This document shows, one piece after another, positions 61,788-64,000 of a stretch of DNA of 64,000 nucleotides (the first letter of the stretch is position 1; each line of letters opens with the position of its first letter). Where the stretch lies: assembly GCA_964057225.1 (NCBI GenBank), contig OZ059894.1, positions 9,486,001 through 9,550,000 on the forward strand, written 5' to 3'. Both the position numbers and the translations under genes were made by a program. The stretch comes from Auanema rhodensis. Lineage: Eukaryota; Animalia; Nematoda. Below the pieces are notes generated by a model. It was not told the DNA's origin. It saw nothing but the letters and a program-made list of their open reading frames with translations, and searched no databases.

Positions 61788-64000
61788 GGTGATGGTTAGC
61801 CGCTGTTATAAAATCCAAGCAACTAGATCTGTAGAGCTGCCGGAGGCAAAGTAGGCGGAGATATCTCTTCTCTCCTCATCTCCTACCCCTCCTACATATT
61901 TTCCTCTTACTTTAAGATTTCTCTTCTTTTACAATAATCTCTTACTTTTTGCCTGAGAAGATGAGCCTACAACATATTGCATTGCCACATAGCAGCTTCA
62001 AGATACGACTCAACTCCTCTATCCTATTTTTCTCTCTCTTTCTCTCTCTCATCAACTTCTAACTTTCTTTATCACCTATACTCTCTATGTTATTCTGTCT
62101 CTCATGTTTCACCTTTTCACCTCTCTCTCACCCTCCCCGTACATCTTTTCACACTCTTTCTTTCTCTACCATTTTCCCAACCCTCTCTCTCTATTTCGTT
62201 TTTTATCTTTTCTACTACTTTCTGTAAATCCTCCCTCAATTTCTTTTCAGGACATGATGATAGTTACACTGTTTTTACTAAGAAAATGAATGAAGGCAAA
62301 AAAATGTTCTGAAGAGATAAACGAGAGACGGAGCATAATAGAAGCAATTTTTGGGTTCTACAGAGTATCAAACTCAATACCAATATATAAATTTTCTCTT
62401 CTTCTCTGTAATGAGAGTTTTCTTTTGTATTTTTCAAACCTTTTCTACCTATCTATACGAGTTTAGATAGGTATTTCAACTTTCTCATTTTCATCTTAAA
62501 CTTGATACGATCAAGTTTTCTCGAATCACCAGAAGACTCTCCATCCACTTACTATACTATTCCACCCCGATTTACTGAGCAATTTAAGATAATTGAACAA
62601 CATTCCCTGTCATAACATATGTTTCTCATTAGTTCTTCGACTTCAGATTCGGCTTGCACAGTGTTTCTGTCTGCCAATTTGAAATATCAGAGAACATTAC
62701 AACTGCCCGTTTTTCTTCGTAAGCTGGATGTCTTGCGGGGGACATGCGATAGCAATCGTTTTCGTTAGTATGCATTTGTGTTGAAGACACCAAGACAAAA
62801 AGAAAATCTAGAGATATTGATGGAAAGAGCAGAGGAAAATCAGCCGATCTCTGCTACAGCCAGCTAGCTTCTCTTCCTTTAAGCATATGTATGAGTTCTG
62901 GCATACCGCGTCATCTGTTCTGGATTACATCTTCTTACTTCAGAAGTCAGCCTCCTCCTTCTTCTTATTCTGGCTCCACATTTAACATCTCCAGATCTCC
63001 CCCTTGTTCTATTCATCACTATCTCTCACTCTCTCTTCCCACACCTCTCAATCTCTCATTGACATTTCACGCTCATTCATATTCTTTCCTTCTGGATTTC
63101 AATAGTTCGTTTCGATCGAGAAAAGATATGAAATAAGGATATCAAACTGATAGACAACTAAATCTTCTTGTAAAAAGATTTCAACATTCTACATCAGAAA
63201 ATGTTGCTCACTGTCTCGAATCTTCCGCTCTTCGTAGGTTTATTATGATAGAAGCCTGTTCTTACTATGTCGCTCTCTCTCTATATCTCTCTGTATTGCT
63301 TGCTCTCTCTCCATCTTAATTACTCTCTTGCTCAGTCTTTCCAGTTCATTCTTTACTTATGCTTTATTCTCTCTCCCCCCCCCCGCTTCACGTTCAGATG
63401 GTATGAGATCACTTGCTGATAACACGATAGTGAGAATGCTCTTAAGGAATATTCATAATGAGTATATCTATTGAATCAACACTACTATCGAGCCAAAAAA
63501 CCTCGTGGTCTTCTGAAGAAAAGCATGGTATGTGTCGTGAAAAATCTAAATTTGGGATAAAAACCGGAAGCAATAAAGACATTAAGATACATCTTGAAAT
63601 ATGAATGAATAGATAGGAATGTAATTATTTGTAATTTATCAATCAAGCTGAACATCATCATGGGTAACTGATTTATTTCTTTGTTATTTTCAAAAAAAAA
63701 AACAAAGTAAAAACAACGAAATATCTTGGCATAAACATGCTGTCAACAAACTTTATGTGATATTACTTTGAAGTACATCTGTTTAGCTGTTCTATAGCTC
63801 CACTAAAAACTTTGACAAACTATAGATAAAACTTGAATCATTACAGATTTATGCTTAAAATCTCTTATAAAGAATATTGTTATTAATATGTGTTCGTTCT
63901 TTAAATCTTTCCAATACTTATGTAATCAAGACCATAATAGATGGACGACAATTTTGCCATTAAAGGTATAATCAAGAAGCTGTTTTATGATTTCTTCTTT

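Noticed and set aside
63404-63445. TGAGATC bantam-family seed with weak self-complementarity
   Set aside because: Pairing is too short for a pre-miRNA.
1-64000. Intact transposon, LTR pair, CRISPR array or rRNA
   Set aside because: None visible. The window is eukaryotic, and no transposase/RT ORF or long terminal repeats were seen by eye.

Overview
AT-rich, intron-dense eukaryotic DNA with TTTCAG acceptors, ~45-55 nt introns and many (CT)n/(GA)n microsatellites. It is almost certainly a rhabditid (clade V-type) nematode. Most entries in the ORF track are artefacts, so genes were rebuilt by splicing by hand. Recognisable genes are: a CPG-8-like chondroitin proteoglycan, a GSK-3-like (gskl-type) kinase, a KLHDC3 kelch protein, the Rce1/fce-2 CAAX protease, a twk-46-like K2P channel, an asp-1-like aspartic protease, a MATH-BTB protein, a clec-87/88/91-like C-type lectin, a mucin/Cys-repeat/TIL protein, tRNA-Leu(CAG), a degenerate histidine phosphatase, insulin-degrading enzyme, bbs-8 (with a perfect X-box) and a clik-2-like calponin-repeat protein. 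The most notable unexplained structures are: (1) an intron-containing stand-alone gene carrying the BEL/Pao Gag triple zinc knuckle, with no pol or LTRs; (2) a hidden minus-strand microexon gene at 14.4-20.4 kb, where an 11-nt exon could switch between two N-termini read from a dual-frame exon; (3) a recurrent oriented ACGTG-(~45-55 nt)-CGGTTG element dispersed through the window; (4) alternative first exons that swap the M1 helix and cap helix of the K2P channel; (5) a second hidden minus-strand gene at 0.8-5.2 kb. All orthology calls come from recalled motifs, not from database searches.
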